Virus record (IMG/VR): IMGVR_UViG_3300017917_001342
Coordinates: 248,001-312,000 of that record
Strand: one strand, 5' to 3'
DNA: 64,000 nt
In this document: piece after piece, positions 38,703-47,868 of the stretch
Position numbering within the stretch: the stretch's first letter is position 1
Layout: each line of letters opens with the position of its first letter
Program-made: the position numbers and the translations under genes
The notes under the pieces: generated by a model
What the model saw: the letters and a program-made list of their open reading frames with translations, nothing else
The model's database searches: none
What the model was told of the DNA's origin: nothing

Positions 38703-39233
38703 TTAGTCAAGAGTTTGCTCAAGATATTGTGCCAGTTGAAATATATTAAGCTTATCTTCATTTACTTCTACCCAACCGACAACACTTATGCCTGCTTCTT
38801 TAACTGTATCTCTGCTACCACTTACTAGATGATGCCACCAGTGCAAAGGCTTATTGTGTTTCAACAATTTATATGCGCAGGTATCTGGCAATAGTCCGGG
38901 GGTGTCTATCACGTCTAGCGTAACTTTCATACAGTTACTTACACGCTGTTGACGATTGATATAGTCTGTGCATTTTGCAGTTTTAACATCAAGCAGTTTA
39001 CAGGCGATTTTACAACTTTTGACTTCATAGCCTTTCCAAGCTTTTACTAAACAGCAGCGCCCGCACCCATCGCAGAGTTCGTCCCACTGCTGCGTTGTCA
39101 TTGATTCAAGTGGAATAGTTTCCCACCATTTATCAACTGTAGCTGCTAAGGTCGACTGGTCGCATTCTAACGATCGGTGTTGGTTCTGCTGGTGGTTCGC
39201 CTCTGTTGATGCCGTGTACATGTTCCATACCAT
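38703..39233 (-). CDS. YcgN/UPF0260 (CxxCxxCC) cysteine-cluster protein
   Basis: WDELCDGCGRCC, LPDTCAY, WHHLVSG; start uncertain. Confidence 0.8.
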   Translation of the reverse strand: MVWNMYTASTEANHQQNQHRSLECDQSTLAATVDKWWETIPLESMTTQQWDELCDGCGRCCLVKAWKGYEVKSCKIACKLLDVKTAKCTDYINRQQRVSNCMKVTLDVIDTPGLLPDTCAYKLLKHNKPLHWWHHLVSGSRDTVKEAGISVVGWVEVNEDKLNIFQLAQYLEQTLD

Positions 39234-39582
39234 ATATGACTTTGCCCCACACAGTATATTGTCTATCTAAGAAACGTGCATCACCAAAACAGATAAAAAA
39301 TTGATCGCTAGCACTGTTTGGATCAGGAGTTCTTGCCATACTGCAAATACCTTCTGTGTGTGGTACATCATTAAATTCTGCTACAAGTTGCGGCAATGTT
39401 TTTTGTGTCCAACCGCCCTGTGCCATAAAGCCTTCTATAACACGATGAAACACTGTACCATCATAAAGTCCTTGTTCAGCTTGTGACAAAATCTGTGCAA
39501 CGTGGTTTGGTGCTTTATCTGGATAGCATTCTATCAAAACTACACCGGCTGGCAAATGCATTTTTAAAACTGGATTACTCAA
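39133..39582 (-). CDS. Cyclophilin-type peptidyl-prolyl isomerase
   Basis: FHRVIEGFMAQGG, SMART, QFFI, LDRQYTVWG. Confidence 0.92.
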   Translation of the reverse strand: MSNPVLKMHLPAGVVLIECYPDKAPNHVAQILSQAEQGLYDGTVFHRVIEGFMAQGGWTQKTLPQLVAEFNDVPHTEGICSMARTPDPNSASDQFFICFGDARFLDRQYTVWGKVIYGMEHVHGINRGEPPAEPTPIVRMRPVDLSSYS

Positions 39583-39657
39583 CGTAATAGATCCTTATAA
39601 TATAATAATAAGATTATAACTCAAAAGTTTAACATTGCAAAAATGGTAAATAACTCC

Positions 39658-40548
39658 ATGTGTATAATAGCTGCAAAATATTTCGATGGTGTCGGCTGGG
39701 TCGGTGTAAAAAACCGAGATAGAAATTATATACCGGAGATCAGCTTTAAACGTCAAAAGAAAAATGGCGTTGAAATCATGTTATTTTGGGATGACATTAC
39801 ACAATATTGCGAAGGTATGAACTCCGGTGGTGTTTGCATATTATCTGCAAGCCTTATGGTGTTAGATGACGAAAAAGAAATAACCAAACGTTCTAAAACA
39901 CCTAGCAAAGATGGCATTAAGATTAAAAAAGCACTGCAATATCCCAATGTCAAAGCCGTTGCAATGAGTTTAATCAAAAGCAAGCTGACCGGTAACACCA
40001 TCATTTTTGACAAAGACACCTGTTATCTGTTAGAAGGTGCGTGGCGCAGAGGCGGATATAGCGATAGAGATTATCGTTATAAAATACACGAAATACCTCG
40101 TGACAAGTTTGTTGCTAGAACCAATCACGGTGTATGGATAAAAGATGCAGGGTATCAACGCAATCCAGAGAATGATGCCGAAACACTCAGTCGTGTAAGC
40201 AGCGAAAGTCGCAAGGCAATCGGAGATCATGTTACTAAACGTGCTAATACTCCGGAAGAATTGATAGACGGTTTAGCAGGCACATGGACCAATAATCCGC
40301 AGTTAAACGGTTTGCGAACTGCTAAAGGCAAAAAGCAAATGCGTACTACAAGTCAAATCATGCTTATACCTAGTGAAGATACAATGTTTGTCAGACCAGT
40401 TCAAAGTCATATGACTTTTAACTTCTGGGATCTAAATAAACCTGACAATGATCTATGGGTAGAAATACTAAGTAACAGAGTATTACATCAGCATAAAAAG
40501 GAAGGTGGCGAACCACCGTTCCCTAAAATGAATCATTCTACAAAATAA
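39658..40548 (+). CDS. Ntn-hydrolase (NRDE/C45-like)
   Basis: Start MCIIA (Cys2 nucleophile), KNRD, EGMN, RTNHG; TAAATA just upstream. Confidence 0.65.
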   Translation: MCIIAAKYFDGVGWVGVKNRDRNYIPEISFKRQKKNGVEIMLFWDDITQYCEGMNSGGVCILSASLMVLDDEKEITKRSKTPSKDGIKIKKALQYPNVKAVAMSLIKSKLTGNTIIFDKDTCYLLEGAWRRGGYSDRDYRYKIHEIPRDKFVARTNHGVWIKDAGYQRNPENDAETLSRVSSESRKAIGDHVTKRANTPEELIDGLAGTWTNNPQLNGLRTAKGKKQMRTTSQIMLIPSEDTMFVRPVQSHMTFNFWDLNKPDNDLWVEILSNRVLHQHKKEGGEPPFPKMNHSTK

Positions 40549-41247
40549 ATGATATCAAATAAAAAAGTTCTACTATTTGGTGATAGCTTTGCAGATAAAA
40601 ATTCAGTCGGCGAATATGTGGGCTGGCCTGGTTTGCTAGAAAGCTATTATAAAGTTACAAATTTTGCAGTTTCTGGATCTAGTCCGGATCATCAATTAAA
40701 ATTGATGTTGGATTTTATAGAAAACACTGACAGTCACAGCTTCAAAGACACTGTGGTAATATTTTTAATATCCAGTCCAAATAGATTTGTTTTCAACTTT
40801 TATAAGAATCCGTCTGATCATCATTTATCAATTCATCTAGCTTATTACGAATCTGCAGACCTGTCATATCACGATGAATTGTCGCCGTATTTAAAATACA
40901 AAAAATTTGTAGAAGATTTTTACAAATATTATGCACTTAATGACGAATTTCAACTTACTCATGTGTTGAAAATATTAGGTATGCTGAATTTGTATTCAAC
41001 TCTGTTTGATAAAGTATTAGTTTGGCCTATATTTGAAAATTTGCCGTACAAATTACCAACGATGTCTGACAAAATGACATTTGTCAGTACACCGTTATTC
41101 AATATAGAGGGTAACCCTTACTGTAATGATGATAAACGACCAAACCATTTAATTAAAGAAAACCATCATATTATGGTATCGCAATTAATAGAATGGATAG
41201 AAACTAATCGATCAATTGATCTTGATCAGTTCAAATGGACCAAATAA
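40549..41247 (+). CDS. SGNH/GDSL-like protein
   Basis: FGDSF, N.AVSGSS, C-terminal NH. Confidence 0.55.
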   Translation: MISNKKVLLFGDSFADKNSVGEYVGWPGLLESYYKVTNFAVSGSSPDHQLKLMLDFIENTDSHSFKDTVVIFLISSPNRFVFNFYKNPSDHHLSIHLAYYESADLSYHDELSPYLKYKKFVEDFYKYYALNDEFQLTHVLKILGMLNLYSTLFDKVLVWPIFENLPYKLPTMSDKMTFVSTPLFNIEGNPYCNDDKRPNHLIKENHHIMVSQLIEWIETNRSIDLDQFKWTK

Positions 41248-41265
41248 AGTCTTAAAACTTTGGAT

Positions 41266-41577
41266 TTATTCTACAGGTGTAATATCTGCCTGCAACGGAA
41301 ATCCACTTTGTCTAGCAATTGTAACGGTTTCGTCACGTTTCTGAGATGCAACTTCGTGACTGTAAGTACCTGCAATACCTTTGTCATTGTTATGAATGTG
41401 CATCATAATATCCTGCGCTTCTTCAAAGGTCTTATGAAAAATTTGCATAAGAACAAGCACAACAAATTCCATACTGGTTTGATCATCATTGTATAACCAA
41501 ACATTCCACATTCTAGGTGGGGTAAGTGTAACTTTATCTACTACAGTGACAACAGTGCCTGTTTTAGTATTAGCCAA
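41266..41577 (-). CDS. clpS: Clp protease adaptor ClpS
   Basis: NDDQTSMEFVV, MMHIH, GFPL; TTG start with AGGAG SD. Confidence 0.9.
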   Translation of the reverse strand: MANTKTGTVVTVVDKVTLTPPRMWNVWLYNDDQTSMEFVVLVLMQIFHKTFEEAQDIMMHIHNNDKGIAGTYSHEVASQKRDETVTIARQSGFPLQADITPVE

Positions 41578-41603
41578 AATAATCTCCTAAGTTCTTTGTA
41601 AGT

Positions 41604-41635
41604 ATGCGGTTGACCGCTAGTGCAGTCAACCGCAT
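41604..41635. terminator. Hairpin after hsp20
   Basis: atgcggttgac..gtcaaccgcat. Confidence 0.5.
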
Positions 41636-41642
41636 GTTAAAT

Positions 41643-42119
41643 TTAGTTGTTGTCTGTACTTACTTTGACATCGACGATATTACCGTTTGTAATAGGAATA
41701 CTACGACCCTTAGCTGGTTCGGGTATTTCTCGCAGTAATTCAATTACCAGTAGACCGTCTTCAAGTTTAGCAGATACGACTTTAATATGTTCTGCTAGTG
41801 TGAATTGTCGCTCAAAATCGCGTGCTGCAATACCACGATGCAGCCAATTGCGTTCTGGTTGGTCTGTGTTTTTACTGCCTTTGACGCTTAGTATGCGATC
41901 ATTTGTAATATCGATACTGAGTTCGTCTAACTTAAACCCGGCCACTGCTAGCTCAAGACGATATGTGTCACCGTCACAGTCTAGGTTGTAAGGTGGGTAA
42001 CCGTTTGCTTGTGTAACATTGATGTTGTTGATACGTGTAAGCATAGGCTCAAAACCTATAGCAAAACGATTTAGATCTCTAAAAAGATCATCGATCATGA
42101 GAGATGGTAATTGACGCAT
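41643..42119 (-). CDS. Small heat-shock protein Hsp20/IbpA
   Basis: YPPYN, LAVAGF, HRGIAARDFERQFTLAE, DGLL. Confidence 0.93.
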   Translation of the reverse strand: MRQLPSLMIDDLFRDLNRFAIGFEPMLTRINNINVTQANGYPPYNLDCDGDTYRLELAVAGFKLDELSIDITNDRILSVKGSKNTDQPERNWLHRGIAARDFERQFTLAEHIKVVSAKLEDGLLVIELLREIPEPAKGRSIPITNGNIVDVKVSTDNN

Positions 42120-42176
42120 TTATACCTCCTAATATAGCGAAGCACTACCTTAAGTGGGCCTCGAAAGCGCCCACAC
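42117..42176 (-). promoter_or_regulatory. ROSE-like RNA thermometer in hsp20 5' UTR
   Basis: CUUCGCU-auauu-AGGAGG; upstream GUGGGC/GCCCAC hairpin; promoter TTGACT-17-TAAATA at 42181-42209. Confidence 0.65.
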
Positions 42177-42212
42177 TATATATTTAATAACGTGTGAGCG
42201 CAAAGTCAAGAG

Positions 42213-43466
42213 TTAGTTGGCAGCTTCTGCGGTTTTATTGTATATTTTCAATGGGTCGCTGCGTTCGTTAACAACATCTTCTGTAACGACAATCCTACGA
42301 ATACCTTCGCCGGCCATAGACGGTAGTTCAAATTGCGAACGTAGTAGAATCTTTTCTAAAATACTACGCAGCCCTCTTGCACCAGTTTTACGTTCCATAG
42401 ACTGCTTTGCAATTGCACGGAGCGCATCAGTTTGAAATTCAAGGTCAATTCCTTCAATTTTAAACATTTTTTGGTACTGTTTAACAATTGCGTTCTTTGG
42501 TTCGGTGAGAATGTTAACTAGATCGTCTTCTTTGAGATCACAGAATGGTACCATAACTGGAATACGACCAATAAGTTCTGGGATAAGTCCGAACTTAATA
42601 AGATCTTCCTGCCTAGTTTGTGAGATCAATTCAAACGTATCTTTGTCACTGAGTGACTCACCCGGCAACGATGCACCAAAGCCAATGCCAGCACCCTTGT
42701 CTAGTCGCTTGCTGATGATATCAGTTAGCCCAACAAATGCACCACCTAGGATGAACAAGATATTCTTTGTGTTGATTAGAATATATTCACCATGTGGATT
42801 TTTACGACCGCCGGTTGGTGGTACTTTGACTTCGCAGCCTTCGATCATTTTAAGCAGTGCTTGCTGAACACCTTCACCGCTTACATCGCGTGTAATACTA
42901 GTGTTTTCGCTTTTACGGCCTTTTTTGTCAATTTCGTCAATGTACACAATACCACGTTCTGTACGCTCAACGTCTTGATCAGCAGCTTGATATAGTCGTG
43001 CAATAGCTTCTTCAACATCAAGTCCAACATATCCGCTTTCTGTAAGACTGGTAGCATCAATGATAACCATTGGAACATCAAGCAGTTTTGCAGCTTGTTG
43101 AATGATGTAGGTTTTACCAACACCAGTTGGTCCGATGAACATTAGGTTGGTTTTATCAATCTCAACATCGTCAATCACTGGATTGTTGATGCGCTTCATG
43201 TGAGAATAGATTGCAACACTCAGCATCATCTTAGCTTGGTGCTGGCCAACCATTCGTTCGTCGAGATACGCCATAATTTTATCGGGTGTAAGTACACCAA
43301 AATCTTTTGGCTGTTTGACGAATTCTTCTTTAAGAACCCCGTAACATAGTTCTACACATTCGTTACAAATGTATACATCGTTACCACTGATCAGCTTATT
43401 GACCTCTGTTTGATTCTTACCGCAGAAACTGCAAGAATATGTAGGACGTGAACTATCCCTGGCCAT
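42213..43466 (-). CDS. clpX: ATP-dependent Clp protease ATPase ClpX
   Basis: CSFC..CNEC zinc-binding domain, [30 protein letters not shown]. Confidence 0.95.
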   Translation of the reverse strand: MARDSSRPTYSCSFCGKNQTEVNKLISGNDVYICNECVELCYGVLKEEFVKQPKDFGVLTPDKIMAYLDERMVGQHQAKMMLSVAIYSHMKRINNPVIDDVEIDKTNLMFIGPTGVGKTYIIQQAAKLLDVPMVIIDATSLTESGYVGLDVEEAIARLYQAADQDVERTERGIVYIDEIDKKGRKSENTSITRDVSGEGVQQALLKMIEGCEVKVPPTGGRKNPHGEYILINTKNILFILGGAFVGLTDIISKRLDKGAGIGFGASLPGESLSDKDTFELISQTRQEDLIKFGLIPELIGRIPVMVPFCDLKEDDLVNILTEPKNAIVKQYQKMFKIEGIDLEFQTDALRAIAKQSMERKTGARGLRSILEKILLRSQFELPSMAGEGIRRIVVTEDVVNERSDPLKIYNKTAEAAN

Positions 43467-43469
43467 AGA

Positions 43470-45221
43470 TTAATCCTCTGTTTTATTGTTTGCGTGATTT
43501 TGTAATCTCTGCTGATGCAGAGTTTTGAGTCTGTTTAAAAATTCAACGGTAGTTTGTGTATCTGTCACTATTTGTTCTACTACAGGCAATCTGTCTATCA
43601 ATTGCCATTCTAATTTGTCGTCTTTTGATACTACTTGGTTGTCGACCTGATTGTCAACAGTGGGAATGTCATCTTCAACTACAGGTGTGCGAACAATAGG
43701 TTCTTCAAAAGACATTTCATATTGTGTAGTATTTTGTTCGGCAACTATAGTTAAATCATTTGATACACCATCGAACGATATAGTATGGTTTGATGGTGTT
43801 GCTGCTGGTTCAACCACTCTAGTTGTCTCAGTTACAGCAGTAGAACTTAAAACTGTGTTTAGTTTAGATATTTCTGTTTGAAGAGTGTTTATAGCCGGTA
43901 CTAGTTGTTCAATTCCTTGAATTACAACGGGCTCTGTTGTTTTTTCAGGTTGAACACTGTGTTCTTCTTTGGGTTCAATAAACGGTTGTTCAGCAGTGAC
44001 TGATTGGATAGGCGGTGCATTTTTATTTTTGCGTAACCCATATTCTGCAAGACCTTGGTTTGCAGCTATCAACATTAATATTGCCAAAGGATCAAACACT
44101 ACAATTATAACAAGTATAACACCGCGAACTGCTTTTTCTAAAAGATTAGTGTCCGGATTATTACCGTACATCATTTCAGCGATGTATTTTAGTGGCCCGA
44201 CTTCTACTTCAAGTTTTCTATATTCAGCTTCTAAACCGAATTTCTGTTCAGTTAGTGTAGCAATTTCTTTTTCAGCAGCAGCAATTGCAGATTTTTGTTT
44301 TTCTATGTCGGCTGCAACTTGACTGTTGTCGGTTGTACCTAACTGTTGCCTTAATCGGTTAATTAATTCATTTGAGTTGGCAATTTCTTTTTCTGCAATA
44401 CTACGCAAACGTTGAATCTCTGCACGAGCAGCATCAATTGTAGGCGACGTAATTTTAGCACTTTCTGCTGCAATTGACTCAGTTAATCGTTGTTTTTCTG
44501 CTAGCTGTGCAGTTTTATATGCTTCAATTGCACGTTCTGTTGCAGGACCCAGATTGCCATCTGCCTTGACACCTACTAATGCCTGTACTGCTTTGACATT
44601 ACCTGCTGTGATATTTTCTTCTATGCTTTTGAGATTTTGATCAATTGCAGCAACTTGATCTTTATATAAATTTGCAGTAGTGCCTAGTCGTTCTTCTTCT
44701 TTTGCGATAATAGTGTTTTGTTCATCTATTGCAGGTTGAATGCGACTATATGCACTGTCAATGCGAGTTTGTTCTCTATCAATTTGTGCTTGTATTTCAG
44801 AGTCTTGGTTTACTCCGGCGGTTTCTAATTTTGCAATTTCTTTTTCTGCTTCAGATACAACAGTTTCTTGACGTTTAATCTGTGTATCTATTTGTTCAAG
44901 TCGTGCCACACCTTCTGTTGCTTTAGCTGTTTGGTCGATATGTGCTTTGGACAGATATCCAAAAATACCCATACTGGTAATGCACATGAGAATTACCACA
45001 GCCGCGCTGAGATATGCTTTCAATGCAAATGGTGTTTTATTCCAGTTATTGTATAACCAACTTGCAACAATAACTTTGCTGGCTTCCAATATACCAGCCA
45101 TGATGATAATAGGTATGAAAGCACCTGCGAAAATGCTTGCCATACCTATTACACTGTAATAACCTGCTACAGCACTAAGCCCAATTGCTGCTACAAACAT
45201 AAGCACGGTTGACAACATCAA
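43470..45221 (-). CDS. Membrane coiled-coil protein with peptidoglycan-binding-like insert
   Basis: Three N-terminal TMs; VKAVQALVGVKADGNLGPATERAI; EVGPLKY; VFDPLA TM. Confidence 0.7.
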   Translation of the reverse strand: MMLSTVLMFVAAIGLSAVAGYYSVIGMASIFAGAFIPIIIMAGILEASKVIVASWLYNNWNKTPFALKAYLSAAVVILMCITSMGIFGYLSKAHIDQTAKATEGVARLEQIDTQIKRQETVVSEAEKEIAKLETAGVNQDSEIQAQIDREQTRIDSAYSRIQPAIDEQNTIIAKEEERLGTTANLYKDQVAAIDQNLKSIEENITAGNVKAVQALVGVKADGNLGPATERAIEAYKTAQLAEKQRLTESIAAESAKITSPTIDAARAEIQRLRSIAEKEIANSNELINRLRQQLGTTDNSQVAADIEKQKSAIAAAEKEIATLTEQKFGLEAEYRKLEVEVGPLKYIAEMMYGNNPDTNLLEKAVRGVILVIIVVFDPLAILMLIAANQGLAEYGLRKNKNAPPIQSVTAEQPFIEPKEEHSVQPEKTTEPVVIQGIEQLVPAINTLQTEISKLNTVLSSTAVTETTRVVEPAATPSNHTISFDGVSNDLTIVAEQNTTQYEMSFEEPIVRTPVVEDDIPTVDNQVDNQVVSKDDKLEWQLIDRLPVVEQIVTDTQTTVEFLNRLKTLHQQRLQNHANNKTED

Positions 45222-45277
45222 ATATCCCTCACGACAATTAACTATTGTACCGAATAACTGCTATTTGTCAACGACTA

Positions 45278-46435
45278 TTAGGCGTTAGCTATTTGAGTAA
45301 CTGCTATATTTCCTTCAACTGTTTGTATGTTTGCAACTGTATCAATAGCAGCCGCAGTAACCTGTTGCACCACTGTTTGTACTGGTGTATATGCAACATT
45401 ACTGCCGCCTATTACCACATTGCTGTTCCAAATGTTTCTGTTGGTAATCCAAGTGCTAGTTAATGCTCTAGCGATTAAACGCTTGAGCGCCGCAGGACCT
45501 ACTAACTCTGTGTTTACGGTTTCCGGCTCCCCTGCAACTGTGCGAGTAACTAGCTGATCAATGTGTTCGATACCAACAGTCCATGCTACTGTGGTTGGCG
45601 GTGCATTACCAGATACTGTTGATCCGGTAAGTGCAATCGCACCGTAGACTGTGGCTGTTAAATTGCTTTCAATATAACTTGCAACACCTGTCCAACGCAT
45701 ATTACCACGTTCAATGTCCTTTGCCTGTGCAAAGGTCATGTTTGGTATATAAACTGTGCTTGCTGCAAATCCAATATCGGATGCTGCACTGCCAGTGTCT
45801 GCGCCAAAATAGATAGGTGACAAGCTTTGACTATTAAGCTGAATCTTGTTTGTATATGGTGTTGCATATACACCAGTCTGTTCACTTACTGCATTTATGG
45901 TATTGCATACGCCTGCTAGTGTTAATGCACCAGTGACAAAAGTAATTGTCACACCGTTGATAACAATAGTTTCAGCGTTGGACGGGCTACTAAATGATCC
46001 ACCATAGATTGGACTTTGGTATGTAAATGCACCAACTGGTAAACCTATTGTAGTTAAAGGTGTACCCGAGACGTTTGCAAGTACAATTGGCAATGTGCTT
46101 TGTGGCCATGCACTTTGTAATGTAATGTAGTTTGTTGCAGTTATAGATGCCATTACATTTGTATACTGGCTCATTAAATTAAAACGGTCTACAATGTCAC
46201 TTACAGTGTCGCCAGAGTCAAATGGTCCTATAATATAACCGTTGCAACTCAATGTATCACCTGTTGTCATTGTAGGCGATGCGTTGTAACTGGATACCGC
46301 AACCATTGTGTGATATTGGTTACTGGTGTACGGTGATATACCACCAGCAGTAGTATCTGAACCTGTATAATTTGTTGGACTATTAAGAGTCCATGTTACC
46401 CTGTAGTAAGTCGGTGTTGGTTTAAAAGTGGCCAT
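45278..46435 (-). CDS. Probable virion structural protein
   Basis: T/S/G-rich; repeated IVINGVTITF..IN-like units; TAAATA late motif at 46464-46469. Confidence 0.6.
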   Translation of the reverse strand: MATFKPTPTYYRVTWTLNSPTNYTGSDTTAGGISPYTSNQYHTMVAVSSYNASPTMTTGDTLSCNGYIIGPFDSGDTVSDIVDRFNLMSQYTNVMASITATNYITLQSAWPQSTLPIVLANVSGTPLTTIGLPVGAFTYQSPIYGGSFSSPSNAETIVINGVTITFVTGALTLAGVCNTINAVSEQTGVYATPYTNKIQLNSQSLSPIYFGADTGSAASDIGFAASTVYIPNMTFAQAKDIERGNMRWTGVASYIESNLTATVYGAIALTGSTVSGNAPPTTVAWTVGIEHIDQLVTRTVAGEPETVNTELVGPAALKRLIARALTSTWITNRNIWNSNVVIGGSNVAYTPVQTVVQQVTAAAIDTVANIQTVEGNIAVTQIANA

Positions 46436-46557
46436 CTAATGATTCTCCGGGCTATGCTTGGAATATTTAGTCAAAATGACTGTACAGATACCAAATCAAT
46501 AAATATCGAGTAGTTGCATATTTGCACTACATAGATTATAATTTCTTTATAAGGCAA

Positions 46558-46600
46558 AGTGGTCTAAGACGCTCATCCCACTCTAAATACTCTGCGTGTC
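46558..46600 (+). ncRNA. Candidate preQ1-I-like riboswitch
   Basis: AGUGG-UCUAAGACGCUCAUC-CCACU-CUAAAUA..GCGU pseudoknot directly upstream of queD. Confidence 0.5.
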
Positions 46601-46627
46601 GTCAAACTTACTTATGAAAGGCAAGAG

Positions 46628-47143
46628 ATGACAAAATACGAACCAGTACATTACAAGTACACCAGCACCAAAGAATACCACGACGCATTTCCCTGTGCTT
46701 ATCGACAGTGGCGTGCAGACAGTCATTGTAATCTAATTCATGGTTACAGTTTTAACATGAAATTTTACTTCGGTACCAATGATCTTGATGCTCGTAATTG
46801 GGCTGCTGATTATGGTGGACTAAAAGAACTAAAACGTTTCTTAGAAGATCAATTTGACCACACTCTGCTGGTTGCACAAGACGATCCAGAATTTGAATTC
46901 TACAAAGAAATGGAACGTCGTAAGCTGGCAAAACTCACTGTATTACCAAAACTAGGTTGTGAAGGTCTAGCAGACACACTTTACAAATATGTAAACGGTG
47001 TTTACATTCCAGACATGTGGGGTCCAGGCGAAGCTGCAAGACTGTGGTGTTACAGAGTCGAAGTTCGAGAAACACAAAGCAATATGGCTTTCCGCGAAGG
47101 TCATAGAGAATGGGAAGAAGATCTTTTTGCAGATTACAAGTAA
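46628..47143 (+). CDS. queD: 6-pyruvoyl-tetrahydropterin synthase / QueD-like protein
   Basis: SHCNLIHGYS, DYGGLK, FDH, EVRET. Confidence 0.8.
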   Translation: MTKYEPVHYKYTSTKEYHDAFPCAYRQWRADSHCNLIHGYSFNMKFYFGTNDLDARNWAADYGGLKELKRFLEDQFDHTLLVAQDDPEFEFYKEMERRKLAKLTVLPKLGCEGLADTLYKYVNGVYIPDMWGPGEAARLWCYRVEVRETQSNMAFREGHREWEEDLFADYK

Positions 47144-47146
47144 AAT

Positions 47147-47173
47147 AAAAGCCCCGCTTAGCGGGGCTTTTTT
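47147..47173. terminator. Bidirectional terminator
   Basis: aaaagccccgc-tta-gcggggctttttt. Confidence 0.85.
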
Positions 47174-47822
47174 ATGACAACAACATGCTTTTTTGATGCC
47201 CTACTCTTATAGTAGGATCAACATATATAGTTTCACCTATGTCTGCTGCACTCCAACAGAATCCCACATCTTCTGCCGTAAACTCTGAAAACACACCGTC
47301 TTCTACCCACCGTGGCCTAAACCATGGGTATTCCATACGTTCCATTACGCCTTTGGCAACTGCAACAAATCCAAAGCCAACATAGTTTGCAGTGAACAGA
47401 TTGGTTCTAGAATCGAGCTCACTGCGCTGCATAAAATCAAACTTGCCGTTTTTCAGTAGATTATTGTAATCAAGACGTTCGACTATGGGAAACTCATTGA
47501 CATTTTGTGTTGGGTAACAGCCACTAACAATGGGTTTGTTGTGCGATAACAGTTTTAGTACGTCTTCACCTTTCCATACAATATCACTGTCAATCCATAC
47601 TTGGTAATCGTAGTCAATATTGCCACCAAATGGTTTTTGTTTTCTACCGTCTACATTGTTACCACCTAGTACGCGATTTCTTGCATAGTACACAACTGGA
47701 TCATAAGCAACACTAAATGCCCATTCTATATTGTTTGCACCGCAAGTGGTAATAGTGTCTGTCCATGACCGCATCCAAAGATCACTAAATTCTCTGCCGG
47801 GTACACAAAATATTACTCTCAT
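47172..47822 (-). CDS. GT-A-fold glycosyltransferase-like protein
   Basis: YARN, WIDSD, GFGF, EDVGFC, VGHQK. Confidence 0.7.
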   Translation of the reverse strand: MRVIFCVPGREFSDLWMRSWTDTITTCGANNIEWAFSVAYDPVVYYARNRVLGGNNVDGRKQKPFGGNIDYDYQVWIDSDIVWKGEDVLKLLSHNKPIVSGCYPTQNVNEFPIVERLDYNNLLKNGKFDFMQRSELDSRTNLFTANYVGFGFVAVAKGVMERMEYPWFRPRWVEDGVFSEFTAEDVGFCWSAADIGETIYVDPTIRVGHQKSMLLS

Positions 47823-47868
47823 GTGATTTGCCTTTGTTTTTATTAAACTATAAAGACAATTGGCACGT

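Noticed and set aside
36769-43466. Bacterial chromosome origin of the chaperone genes
   Set aside because: Interleaved with phage-type genes and promoters, without grpE/dnaJ/clpP/lon synteny
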